This document shows, one piece after another, positions 45,416 through 56,010 of a stretch of 64,000 bases of DNA. How positions within the stretch are numbered: the stretch's first letter is position 1; each line of letters starts with the position of its first letter. The DNA comes from Candidatus Bathyarchaeota archaeon. Its GTDB lineage: Archaea > Thermoproteota > Bathyarchaeia > Bathyarchaeales > DTEX01. The notes under the pieces were generated by a model. That model made no database searches. It was given only the letters and a program-made list of their open reading frames with translations, and was not told where the DNA came from. The position numbers and the translations under genes were made by a program. Where the stretch lies: positions 736,001-800,000 of the forward strand of contig CAVQNT010000002.1 of NCBI GenBank assembly GCA_963714275.1, in the 5' to 3' direction.

Positions 45416-46989
45416 TTGTCCAATATGAAGAGGGTGTTAGAGGATTCAGCGCGCAGCGGATTCTTTCTAACGTTAGGAAACATAATATCAACCGTAATCT
45501 TAGCCATCTCAGTCTTTATAATAGCCCGAATCCTAGGATCAGAACTCTATGGACTATACACAATCTCAATGGTTATGCCAAGTCTTCTTCTACTATTCGT
45601 GGATCCGGGAGTAAACACAGGAATAATTAAATATTCAGCAAGCCTAAAAGCAAAAGGAGAAAAAGGACGAGTACCTAAATTATTTGTTCACGGATTACTC
45701 TTTGAAACGATCCTCGCGTTTATAGCCTTAGCCGTTTGCCTTGTTTTTTCAGACTTGTTTGCGAGACAAGTCTTGAACAGACCCGAGGTTACATGGTACA
45801 TTCAGCTCACATCGGTCATTATAATTCTTCAAATAGTCTACATGACGTTGAATTCGGTTTTCATAGGTCTAGACAAAACGGAATACAATGTCCTTACGAC
45901 AAGCATCCAAGCAATAACTAGAGCTCATTATTGCACCGATTCTAATAATTATTGGACTGAGCATAGCCGGAGCGTTAACGGGAAATGTCCTCAGCTTTCT
46001 GCTAGCGAGTCTACTCGGAGCCTACTTGTTCATCGTTAAAATCTATAGACCCCTAGAGCACTCCAACGGAAGTAGTGAAAATATCTCAAGCAACCTGAAG
46101 ATGCTGATTGGATATGGCTTCCCTCTGTACTTGTCTGGACTCATGGGGGGATTAACAATGCAATACCGAAACATTCTACTAGCAATCTTTACATCGAACT
46201 ATGAAATAGGAAACTTCCAAGCTGCATTAAACTTCAACGTTTTAATAACTATTTTTGCCACACCGATTGGCACGATGCTTCTGCCAGCCTTCTCAAAACT
46301 CGAATCTAACGGGAATGAAATAAAAGAATTCTGCAAGATGTCGATTAAGTATACGTCGATGTTGGTCCTACCGATCGCCAGTATAGTCATGGTCTACGCG
46401 AAGGAAATAATCCAAATATTTTATGGTCAAGGTTATGAGCTCAGTTCCAACTTTTTATCAATGTTTGCAATCCAATTCTATTTTGTCGGCTTAGGAGCCT
46501 TTGTCCTAGGTAGCCTTTTCAGCGGTCTGGGAAAGACAAAGATAAACCTGAAAATTTCCTTGGTCAACTTAATCCTTATAATTATCTTAGCACCAATCCT
46601 GACGTGGCTCCTCAAAATATACGGAATGATTATTAGCATCATAATCAGCAATGCCATCACTTGGCTCTATGCTCTAAAAAAAGCTAAAACCAGATATAGA
46701 GTAGAAATCAACGTAGAGACAATAACTAAAATATACTTTGCATCCGTAATCCCGATAATACCAATTTTAGCTCTACAAAGGATTCTCCTAACCTCAAGCC
46801 TAATCCAAATTATACTTGGAACCGTAATATACATGGCAATGTATCTGTTCTCTGATCCCAACGACGAAGGCCATAACTCAAACCGAACTACATGAGATGA
46901 AAACCGTAATTGAAAAGATAAAATCATTGAAATACATTACCCAACCCATTTTCTATTTTGAAGAGAAGATCATGTCGTGGGTACTGTAG
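45416..46989 (+). CDS. Wzx-type polysaccharide flippase (MOP superfamily; frameshifts near 45925 and 46850)
   Basis: Many TM segments; IARILGSELYGLY, EIGNFQAA and LLPAFSK motifs. Confidence 0.88.
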
Positions 46990-47141
46990 TACTCTTACGA
47001 CAAAAAATCTAGCTATCTAGATATCATTATGATGAACCCCATGATTGAGATTCAAGAGTTATAGAGACACTTGGGATAACACCACTAAACTAGTTTCTAT
47101 ATAAGTGAGATCCTCAGCTTAAGTAAACCTAAAAGGATCGT

Positions 47142-47852
47142 GTGAGGTTCGGGTTGAAAGCGGTCATTCTAGACGGCGGTCAGGGTAAACGCCTTAGACC
47201 TTTAACTGATAGTTTACCTAAGCCTTTAATCAATGTGGCAGGAAAACCTATAGTTGTTAGGCAGATAGAGTGGCTTAAGAGTAATGGCGTTGAAGAGTTT
47301 ATACTTTCAATAGGCTATCTAAGAGAAAAATTTGTAAACTCTCTAGGAAATGGTAGTGAACTCGGAGTTCGCATATCTTACGTCTTCGAGGATAAGCCTT
47401 TAGGCACGGGTGGTGGCTTACGAAACGCCAAAATCAGGCTTGATATGAAAGAAAACTTCTATGTTGTCAACGGAGATATCATAACAGACATAAAACCTCA
47501 AAGACTTGTAGAAAATCTGGGGGAAGATTCTTTGGGAGTTATAGCTCTGGTGCCTCTACGTTCAAGTTACGGGATTGTGGAAGTAGACAAAGAACTTAGA
47601 ATACTGGATTTCAAAGAGAAACCTTGCCTAGATCAATACTGGATAAACGCTGGATTATATCTTCTAAGACCCGAAGTCTTAGATTATCTGCCCGAGATAG
47701 GTGACATAGAGAAAACAGCATTCCCAATATTGGCCAAAGAAGGTAAACTAATGGCCGTTAAGTATGAGAAACCAGGTATATGGAAGAGCATAGACACGTA
47801 CAAAGACATAGAAGAGATAGAGACAGAACTTAAAATGTATGAAGTTAAATGA
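47142..47852 (+). CDS. nucleotidyltransferase (mannose-1-phosphate guanylyltransferase-like)
   Basis: ILDGGQGKRLRPLT..LPKPL, EDKPLGTGGGL, NGD, FKEKP and INAGLY motifs. Confidence 0.88.
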   Translation: MRFGLKAVILDGGQGKRLRPLTDSLPKPLINVAGKPIVVRQIEWLKSNGVEEFILSIGYLREKFVNSLGNGSELGVRISYVFEDKPLGTGGGLRNAKIRLDMKENFYVVNGDIITDIKPQRLVENLGEDSLGVIALVPLRSSYGIVEVDKELRILDFKEKPCLDQYWINAGLYLLRPEVLDYLPEIGDIEKTAFPILAKEGKLMAVKYEKPGIWKSIDTYKDIEEIETELKMYEVK

Positions 47853-48061
47853 AGCTGATACTGGCTGAAGCCAAAAATTAATGGTGTCCCTAAGGGATTA
47901 GCAAAAAATATTCTTGATGCTAGGGATTCAGATAAGAGATTAGGAATTGTCTTTCAGATTTTTTTTTCATCAACTTATATTAGGAATGACGTTGCGTTTC
48001 ATATTGACAAGAAGAATTAGTTAGCCACAATTGTTAGGTTAGTTGAAGGAGACGTGTAGTA

Positions 48062-48683
48062 GTGAAAGTTGTATTAGCCGTTGGGGCGCATCCTGACGAT
48101 ATCGAACTGGGATGTTCAGGAACTTTAATGCTGCACAAATTAAGTGGAGATAAGGTCTATCTTCTTGTCTTAACAAAAGGGGAGGCTTCAGGAGATCCTA
48201 ATATCAGGGAAATGGAATGTAAAGAGTCCGAGAAATTAATGGGTATGGATGATTTATTCTTTGGAGGACTTGAAGATACTAAGGTCGGATCTGGAAGAGA
48301 AACTATAGACATCATTGAAAAAATCGTGAATAAGGTTAAGCCAGATATTGTATATGGACCTGCCTGTAAGGACACACACCAAGATCATAGAAACACTGCA
48401 TATGCAGTTCTTTCTGCTGCTAGACGCTGTGATACGATTATGCTCTACGAAGGAGCCAGCACACAGAAAGATTTCATTCCTCAGATTTTTGTAGATATAA
48501 AGGAAACCTACGAAAAGAAGAAGGCTGTGATACGTGTATTTGGTTCCCAATTGAATAACCACCATGGAGGTTATAAGAAAGGCTGTTAATGGAGTCGAGG
48601 GCTTAGTGAAGTTCCGAGGTTACCAAACGGGATTAGAGTTTGCAGAAGCCTTCGAGGCAGGAAGATTCAGGTTTAGGATTTGA
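48062..48683 (+). CDS. PIG-L family deacetylase (frameshift near 48578)
   Basis: GAHPDDIELGCSG and DTHQDH motifs. The shifted C-terminus reads FRGYQTGLEFAEAF. Confidence 0.9.
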
Positions 48684-48701
48684 GGAGATTCTATATCGAT
48701 A

Positions 48702-50458
48702 ATGCCCAATATTTTTATAGAAGATTTCAGCAGACTCGTAGATTCGTGTATTTCTTTTTATAAAGAAAACAAATTGAAAATAAGTTCAAAACGTGTTCTT
48801 GCGAATCGGTATGAGCTTTCTCGTTTTGTGGAAGTTTTTCATAAAGATTGTGGAACGTTAACACCTTCTGTCAGTGATGGAATAAGAAACCTTAAAGAAG
48901 GTGCTGGACTCATTTTAATGACGGCTCATCAGCCAAATTTTTTTGCTTATAGTGGAGTTTTCCGGAAGGCTACATTAAACTACGTCTTGACCAAAAAACT
49001 CGAAGAGATATTGAAGGTTCCCGTTATAAGTTTCTTCGGGATTGCAGATCAAGATTTCGCAGGTGACCGGTGGGTTAGGTCATGTCAGCTTCCTGCAGTT
49101 CAAAGGAGAGGCGGGACTTTAACTATTGATTTTAAGCTCCCAGAGAAAGTGATGCTCAATAGGATAACCAAACCTTCTCCTCACGTTCTTAGCAAATGGA
49201 AGACTGAAATTGAAAAATGGCTCATTGAAACTACTGGGTCGGCGGAAAGACTTTGCAAGACATTAGGTGTTACAAATTTTAAGCCTGTTTCCTTTTTGCC
49301 CAACTTACGTGAATACTTTTCTGTTTTTTTGGAATATTGTTGAGAATAGTGTATGAATGTTCTGAAAAATTTTCTGATTTCAATGCCTATGTCTTATCAA
49401 AGATTATAAACGAAATCTGGGGTTATGATACCCTGTTTTCTCGTTTTTCTGAATGTCAACAAGTTTTTGTTAAAGAATTTAATTTCATGCTTTCTAGATT
49501 TGATGATTATTCAAATTTATTGAGTGAAGCCAAGCATGTTCAGCATGACCAATGTATAGAGGGAGGAGTCTCAGACGAAGAACCTTATTTAGCTCCCTTC
49601 TGGTATCACTGTAACTGTGGAAGTAAGGTTAAGCTATTTCTAACAGAGAAAGATGGCTTCTTATTTGGTAGTGGAAAATGCTTTGGTTGCGAGAAAGATT
49701 ATGAATTGGAATTTGGAGCCAAAAATGTTCCTGACATATCGAAAATTGCACAAAGAATCTCAGCTAGAGCAATCGCAATGGCCTTGGTTTTTTTCCGAGG
49801 TTTAACTCCCTCTTGTTATGTTGGCGGTGTAGGAGGTATGGGCTATCTTTTAGAAGTTGAGTTTGTTGCTGAAGGACTAGGTTTAAATTTTCCTCCAATT
49901 TCTGTCTGGCGACCACATGACAACTATAAAGGTGTAAGCCAGATCGAGGCAATGTTGGAACTAAAGCAAATATGCAAAAACTGTGACGCCGAAGATGCTA
50001 ATGAAGTGAAAGATATACTGAGTTCCCGAATATACGAGATTCGCAAGCATCAAGATAATCTCGAGGTAGCAAAGAAAGGAGTTATGGAAGAGTTAAGGCA
50101 TCATCCAGATGATGAGGCATTAAAAGAAAAGTTGAAAGCAATATCGATAGAGCAGACACGGTTCTTGAGGTCTTCAAAATATACAGTCATCAACCATGAA
50201 TTAGATATTTTGGAGAACATTTCAACTGTATTAGATATGGTTCCAAGCATAATAGATTATGCTGTTAATGTCGGGTTGAAAGAAACTAGTGCTCAATGGG
50301 TTACCTATCTAAAAGAGAATGGGAATCTGACTTCAGATGTTACTTTAGAAACTATATTGAATCAGACAAGAAAGTACTGTCAACTAGTGTGTGAAAAGAA
50401 GTCTATCGTATATATACATTATGCATGTCTCGCACATCCACCTCTCAAATCATTATAA
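48702..50458 (+). CDS. BshC/WbqC-like putative amino-acid ligase with zinc-ribbon insert (frameshift near 49325)
   Basis: MTAHQPNFF, FFGIADQDF, CNC...CFGC and YVGGVGGMGYL...LGLNFPP motifs, then a coiled-coil. Confidence 0.6.
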
Positions 50459-50577
50459 CAATAGTTGTTCTTATCCGCAATTATGGTAGGATTGCTAAAA
50501 AAAATAACATTCAAAGCACTGATTTGGAATTGAATAATGGGAAAATCAATCCTTTTGGTTAAATATTAAAATGGGAA

Positions 50578-51411
50578 ATGTCCATGAAGATACAAATTGT
50601 TTTCAAACCGTACATAATACTAACACTGTTACTAATCGTAATCGTTATAAACACACCTTTTTTTTCCATCTTTACACGTATAGATAGAATCGTCAATAGC
50701 GACATCTATAAATTTGGTCTGCAATTTAATCACGAATGGGCAGAACAATACTGGACATATTCTTGGATGATAATAAGCTCCAACATAATTGCCATATTAT
50801 TAATTGGTATCTCAATAGTATCTTTTTTAATCTTTGCTCAAACACAGAATAACTCGTCAAGATATGCTTGTTATTTACTTCTCATCATAGCAACAGCACT
50901 GAGTATTTTATCCGCTTTACTCGTTACTCGCCTAGACTATATTGTTAACCATGACCTCTATCTGTTTGGCTTACAGTTCAGCTATGAATGGGCAACAAAT
51001 TACTGGACCTATATAAATTTACTATTCTTATTATTTGGACTTTCAAACACAACAATACTCATATCCATTTTCTTGATTCTTTTTAGTGCACGAAAAAAGG
51101 TCATAATAAGCCCTATAAAACTAACATGTTTAATATTAATGGCAGTAGGAGTTATAACTCTTTTCCTATCCATTGTCAACAATCCATTAATCCTCGCTTT
51201 TATAAGTACAACATTTCCCTTAAGCTTCCAGGACATAAGCCTACTACTTGCCATAATGGCCTTAATACTTCTCATAACCTCAGAGTTACTTTCACCATAT
51301 TATAGCAAAATAAGCATCAACAGGAAAAACTTGAGAAATATGGCAATAATAATTTCAGTGTTATTCCTAATAACAGTAGCCATAAGATTCTATGAGATAA
51401 TAGCTGGCTAA
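50578..51411 (+). CDS. membrane protein with an internally duplicated extracellular loop motif
   Basis: Seven or so TM segments; RIDRIVNSDIYKFGLQFNHEWAEQYWTY and RLDYIVNHDLYLFGLQFSYEWATNYWTY. Confidence 0.75.
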   Translation: MSMKIQIVFKPYIILTLLLIVIVINTPFFSIFTRIDRIVNSDIYKFGLQFNHEWAEQYWTYSWMIISSNIIAILLIGISIVSFLIFAQTQNNSSRYACYLLLIIATALSILSALLVTRLDYIVNHDLYLFGLQFSYEWATNYWTYINLLFLLFGLSNTTILISIFLILFSARKKVIISPIKLTCLILMAVGVITLFLSIVNNPLILAFISTTFPLSFQDISLLLAIMALILLITSELLSPYYSKISINRKNLRNMAIIISVLFLITVAIRFYEIIAG

Positions 51412-51492
51412 CTAATAATACTTTATAGTCTAGCTACAAGAATAAAAAATTTATCTTTTTCCCTTTGTCCAGAGACATTACACACTAGTCAG

Positions 51493-51690
51493 CTAGAAGA
51501 CGTTTATCGCATCTACCAGAGCATACCTCAAGGACAACGCGGATGGGTTATAGGAAGGCTTATCAGAGCCTGGTATCAAGAGGGACAGAAAGGGCTTTTA
51601 CCTTCCACAAAAGAGCCTAAGTCGATAATGGAAAATATATGGAAAGAAAACACCGAAACTCTGTCAGAAAGGTTGTTTGGTTCAGAATAG
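51493..51690 (+). pseudogene. headless ORF, possibly a ribbon-helix-helix protein remnant
   Basis: Open frame LEDVYRIYQSIPQGQRGWVIGRLIRAWYQ...LFGSE* with no canonical start before the RHH-like segment. Confidence 0.4.
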
Positions 51691-52006
51691 TGAATCAATC
51701 ACCACTATAGAAATCCACATTTTTGAGATCATCAGAATAATGCTTGCCATTTGCCAGAAATCATCTAAAAAAACGAATATACTGTACAAATGCAACCTAA
51801 GCTATTATCAACTTCAGAAATACCTTGAATACCTTATTTCTCGGGAACTTTTAACAATTTCTAATAACAATATGAAAACATTCTACTTAGCAACTGAAAA
51901 AGGCAAAGAGTTCCTTGAGGGATATGGACATCTTCACAACCTTTTGGAAGGTAAACCCAAGAAAAATTCTTTAACCTCTAACCTCTACTACATGATGTTA
52001 AAATAG
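51677..52006 (+). CDS. ArnR1-like winged-HTH regulator, paralog A' (N-terminus possibly degenerate)
   Basis: KKTNILYKCNLSYYQLQKYLEYLISRELL...KTFYLATEKG, closely resembling 13828-14097. Confidence 0.82.
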   Translation: MVQNSESITTIEIHIFEIIRIMLAICQKSSKKTNILYKCNLSYYQLQKYLEYLISRELLTISNNNMKTFYLATEKGKEFLEGYGHLHNLLEGKPKKNSLTSNLYYMMLK

Positions 52007-52072
52007 CGCGAGCGTTGGAAATTCATGATGAAAACGGTTGAGGGAAAACTAAGTTCTTTGAGTTGAGTTCCC

Positions 52073-53399
52073 TTGGTCCAAAATATAGTAGAACATTCTC
52101 TACTGTTGCTTAAAGCACCGTTCTTAATGACTAAGCTGAAGCGGAATCAGCGGCTTGAGCCTTCGGAACTCAGAAAGTTTCAGGATAAGAGACTTCGGGC
52201 AATGATTGAGCACAGTTATAAAAATGTTGCGTACTATCACTCCTTGTTCAAGAAAGCCAATCTGAGCTATAGTGACATAAAGACCATCGACGACTTGGAA
52301 AAGATACCGATCACAAGAAAAGAGGACATAATAGACCTGCCCCAGCAGTCGCTTACTGCCATAAACGTGGATCCGAACAGATGTCTCAAGTCTCAAGACC
52401 TCTGGCACCAGCACAGGGGTCCCCATGCCAATTTACTGGCAGAAGAGCCCCAGGCTAATAAAATATTTGCAATATTATCGGTGGCAATTGAACTGTGGTG
52501 ACCAAATCACAAATAGACAAATGTTAGTAGACATTGATTGGGTTCCTATTCATCCGATCCAGAAACTGGGAATATTCAAATCAAAGATTATTTCTGTTTT
52601 TGGCGATATAGAAACTCAGATAAGAGAAATTAGAGAGTTCAATCCCCAGACCATCAATTGTCTTCCATCTTTTATAGATGTATTCGCGAAAGAGATTAGG
52701 GAAAGGGATGAAAAGGGAATAAACCCACACCTAATCTTCACAGGTGGAGAGATGTTGACTCAATACGTTCGCAGATTAGTTCGAGAAGTTTTCAATGCTG
52801 AGGCATTTAGCCGTTATGGCGCTGTTGAAGTTGGTACTATCTCCAGCGAATGCATTGAACACATTGGCTTTCATGTCGACAGCGATTCGACTCTTGTTGA
52901 GATCACTCGAGACGGTGAACCGGTGTCTCTAGGGAAAGAGGGGGAAATAACGGTTACAAATTTCACCAACTACGCTATGCCCTTCATCAGGTACAACTTT
53001 GGAGACCTTGGTTCCATGATTGCAGATCACTGCTCCTGCGGCATCAATTTTCCTATGATGAATATAACACTAGGCAGAAAAAGCGATGTTGTCCGGCTAC
53101 CTGATGGAAAGACGATTCCGGCATTGAGTGTGTGGGGTAATCTAGTCTGGATACAAGGAATAAAGCAGCTGCAAGTTGTGCAGGAAAAGGTTGACCGCTT
53201 TATTATTAAGATAGTGAAAAGTAGCAATTTTACAACCGAGACATGTAGGGAAGTCGAACAAATGCTTAAACAGAAACTTGGAAATGTGGAGAATGTTGAA
53301 ATAGAGACCTGCATTGTCGATGAAATTCCGAGGGAAAAAACAGGTAGGTACCATAAGTTGAAGCAGTTCGTCACGAAGATTCCATCAAAAGACAATTAG
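52073..53399 (+). CDS. phenylacetate-CoA ligase / CapK-like adenylate-forming protein (frameshifted near 52390-52420)
   Basis: VAYYHSLF, a TSGTS-like P-loop, TGGEML, RYGAVEVG, AMPFIRYNFGD and GRKSD motifs. Confidence 0.87.
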
Positions 53400-53768
53400 T
53401 TACTTAGGAGTATTGTTTTCATCCCTACAAAATTCGAGACAAAAATGTTAAATCACACGAAGTAATCAAGAAAGAAGAAAAGAAGACTAAGGCTTCTTTT
53501 AGTAAGTCCTACCTTCTTTCTCGTGTTTTTCAGCTATTTTATACACTTCCATGTAATCAGCACAGAGCTTATCGGTTCTTCCTCTTTCAAGAATGACTTT
53601 AGGGAAATTGGATCTTCATAATAATAGATGTTTAAAATTTAGTCCCAAACCCAAACCATTCTCACGAGCTGACTATGGTATCCAAATATAAGAATCCCAG
53701 AGACCTTTAGATTAATCGACGCCAACGAAAGAATGGGTCTTTTTTCTTTCATACAATGTAACGATTAT

Positions 53769-53786
53769 TAGCTAGCGCGCTAGCTA
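53769..53786. promoter_or_regulatory. perfect 18-bp palindrome upstream of galU
   Basis: TAGCTAGCGCGCTAGCTA is its own reverse complement and lies ~40 bp before the galU start. Confidence 0.5.
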
Positions 53787-53826
53787 GATTCATAAATGCG
53801 ACTATCCGCAAATTTGGAGGCAACAC

Positions 53827-54710
53827 ATGAACGGAGCTTTTATGATTAGGAAGGTTGTCTTGCCTGTGGCGGGCTTTGGGACAAGGCTTCTTCCAATGAC
53901 GAAGGAGATGCCTAAGGAGATGCTACCCATCTTTCTAGACAGTGTGAATGGTGGACCTTGTTTGAAGCCGATTGTTCAAGCTATTTATGAGCAGCTTTAC
54001 GACACTGGATTCAGAGAGTTCGGCCTAATCGTCGGAAGGGGCAAAAGAGCCATAGAAGACCATTTCACGCCTGATGAAGAATTTGTTAAAGAACTTGAAA
54101 GAATGAACAAAGCTGACTCGCTGAAGAGCTTAGAAGATTCTACTGGCGAGTCAACAACTCCACTATCGTCTTCATAAATCAACCGGTACCAAAAGGCTTC
54201 GGAGACGCCGTCTTAAGAGCTAAATACTTCATAAATGAAACCTTCCTAGTACACGCAGGAGACACGATTATTTTAGATAAAGACTGCAATCATTTCCGCC
54301 GTTTGATAGCGAGCCACGAAAAGTATAAAGCTGATGCAATCATGCTGGTTAAAGAAGTTGAGAATCCCAAAATCTATGGGGTGATTGAAGGCAAAGAAAT
54401 CGAAAACGGAATATACAACGTAGAAAAAGCCGTCGAGAAACCCGAGAAACCTCCAACCAACCTTGCAATAATACCTGTCTACATCTTCAATCCGAAAATC
54501 TTCAAAGCCCTTGAAGATACAGCACAACCAGAAAAAGCAGGCGAAATGCAGATAACCGACGGAATTCAAGAGATGATTAACCAGGGCTTAAAAGTCTACG
54601 CTGTCAAATTACCACCTGACGGGATACTACTCGACATAGGAAACCCAGAAAGTTGTTGGCAATCGTTTAACATCTCCTACCAAAACCTAAAAAACAGAAA
54701 GCGTGGCTAA
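53827..54710 (+). CDS. galU: UTP-glucose-1-phosphate uridylyltransferase (frameshifted)
   Basis: KVVLPVAGFGTRLLPMTKEMPKEMLPI, KRAIEDHF, GFGDAV, VEKP and GEMQITD motifs. Confidence 0.85.
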
Positions 54711-54785
54711 AAACTAAAACAAAGCAACAAAGAAGAACGCATGCATTTCAAACTAACAAGTATTCCATTCATAAAAAGGTGACTG

Positions 54786-55919
54786 ATAATTAGAAAAATT
54801 ATTGTATCCGCTCCAGGAAGAATATGCCTTTTTGGTGAACACATGGATTGGTGCAGGCATAAAGTACTTGCTTCCGCCGTAGATATGAGGTCTTTCGTTG
54901 AAGCTGAGGTCACCAGCAGCAAGATTGCTGAAGTGTTCTCCTACAGCCCATTCACAGTATATGACAAGTTCGAGGTGAACAATGCAATTCTGAACTGGAA
55001 TTCAGATCTTAAATATGTTGGAGGGGTGCTAAGAGCCTTCCAGAAAAAAAAGGATCTGCCATATATCTTGGGAGGGATGAAGATGCGTTTCCTAAGAGCT
55101 GAGGAAGTTCAGGAACGGTTAAGACAAGAAGGCAAGAAAGAGGCTTTAAAGGATCTGCCAGTAAGTAAGGGCTTGTCATCATCAGCTGCGATTTGTGTAG
55201 TCATCTCAGCCGCGGTTGACTTGACCCACCGCTTTCCAGAAATCGAGCAACAGGACTCCACTACCATTCTAAAGTATACATTAAAACCAGAAACGTTAAC
55301 CCTCTATGCAGACATGGCTTATACAGGTGAAAGGAAGGAACTAGGCATTAATTGTGGCCAGATGGACCAGTATGCTTCAGCTTTTGGAGGAATCTTGCAT
55401 ATCGACTGCACCGAAGAACCTGCGAAAATTCACCGGTTAAAACCCAAAACAGATCTTCCGTTAGTGATAGGAGACACAATGCAACCAAAGGATACGCCGA
55501 AAGTACTAGGTTGGCTCGGTGAACGATTCAAAGCTAGAGAACCAAAATTCGTTGAAGGTATGGAAAACATAAACATAATTGTTGGAAAAGCCAAAGAAGA
55601 ATTTGAGAAACCATCACTGAACTGTAGTAGAATAGGTGAGTTGATGAACGAAAACCAGCATTACTTAAAAAATTTTCTCCAAGTTTCAGGAGACTGCCCA
55701 GTGTCACCGTCAAGACTCGACGAACTAATAGAAGCAGCTCTTAAGGCTGGTGCATTAGGAGCGAAGCTTTCAGGATCAGGAGGCGGCGGATGCATGATAG
55801 CCCTATGTGAACCCGGAGACGAAGTAAAGGTTGCACAAGCCATAAACAAAGAAGGCGGAGAAGCTTACATCACGAAAGTTGCCGACAAAGGAGTGAGAAT
55901 CGAGTCTATCGAAAATTAA
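54786..55919 (+). CDS. GHMP kinase, galactokinase-like (non-canonical start)
   Basis: SAPGRICLFGEH, PVSKGLSSSAA, CGQMDQ and GAKLSGSGGGGC motifs. Confidence 0.88.
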   Translation: MIRKIIVSAPGRICLFGEHMDWCRHKVLASAVDMRSFVEAEVTSSKIAEVFSYSPFTVYDKFEVNNAILNWNSDLKYVGGVLRAFQKKKDLPYILGGMKMRFLRAEEVQERLRQEGKKEALKDLPVSKGLSSSAAICVVISAAVDLTHRFPEIEQQDSTTILKYTLKPETLTLYADMAYTGERKELGINCGQMDQYASAFGGILHIDCTEEPAKIHRLKPKTDLPLVIGDTMQPKDTPKVLGWLGERFKAREPKFVEGMENINIIVGKAKEEFEKPSLNCSRIGELMNENQHYLKNFLQVSGDCPVSPSRLDELIEAALKAGALGAKLSGSGGGGCMIALCEPGDEVKVAQAINKEGGEAYITKVADKGVRIESIEN

Positions 55920-56010
55920 CAATAGAAAAGACGCCGTTTTTACCTTTCTGGACAATCTCTTTTTCAAGAAAATAAACGTTTTCCTGTCCTTTCATCTAGA
56001 GGCTTAAACC

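Noticed and set aside
53500-53610. Minus-strand open stretch NFPKVILERGRTDKLCADYMEVYKIAEKHEKEGRTY*
   Set aside because: It may be another 3' gene stub, but no family could be recognised, so it is unsupported.
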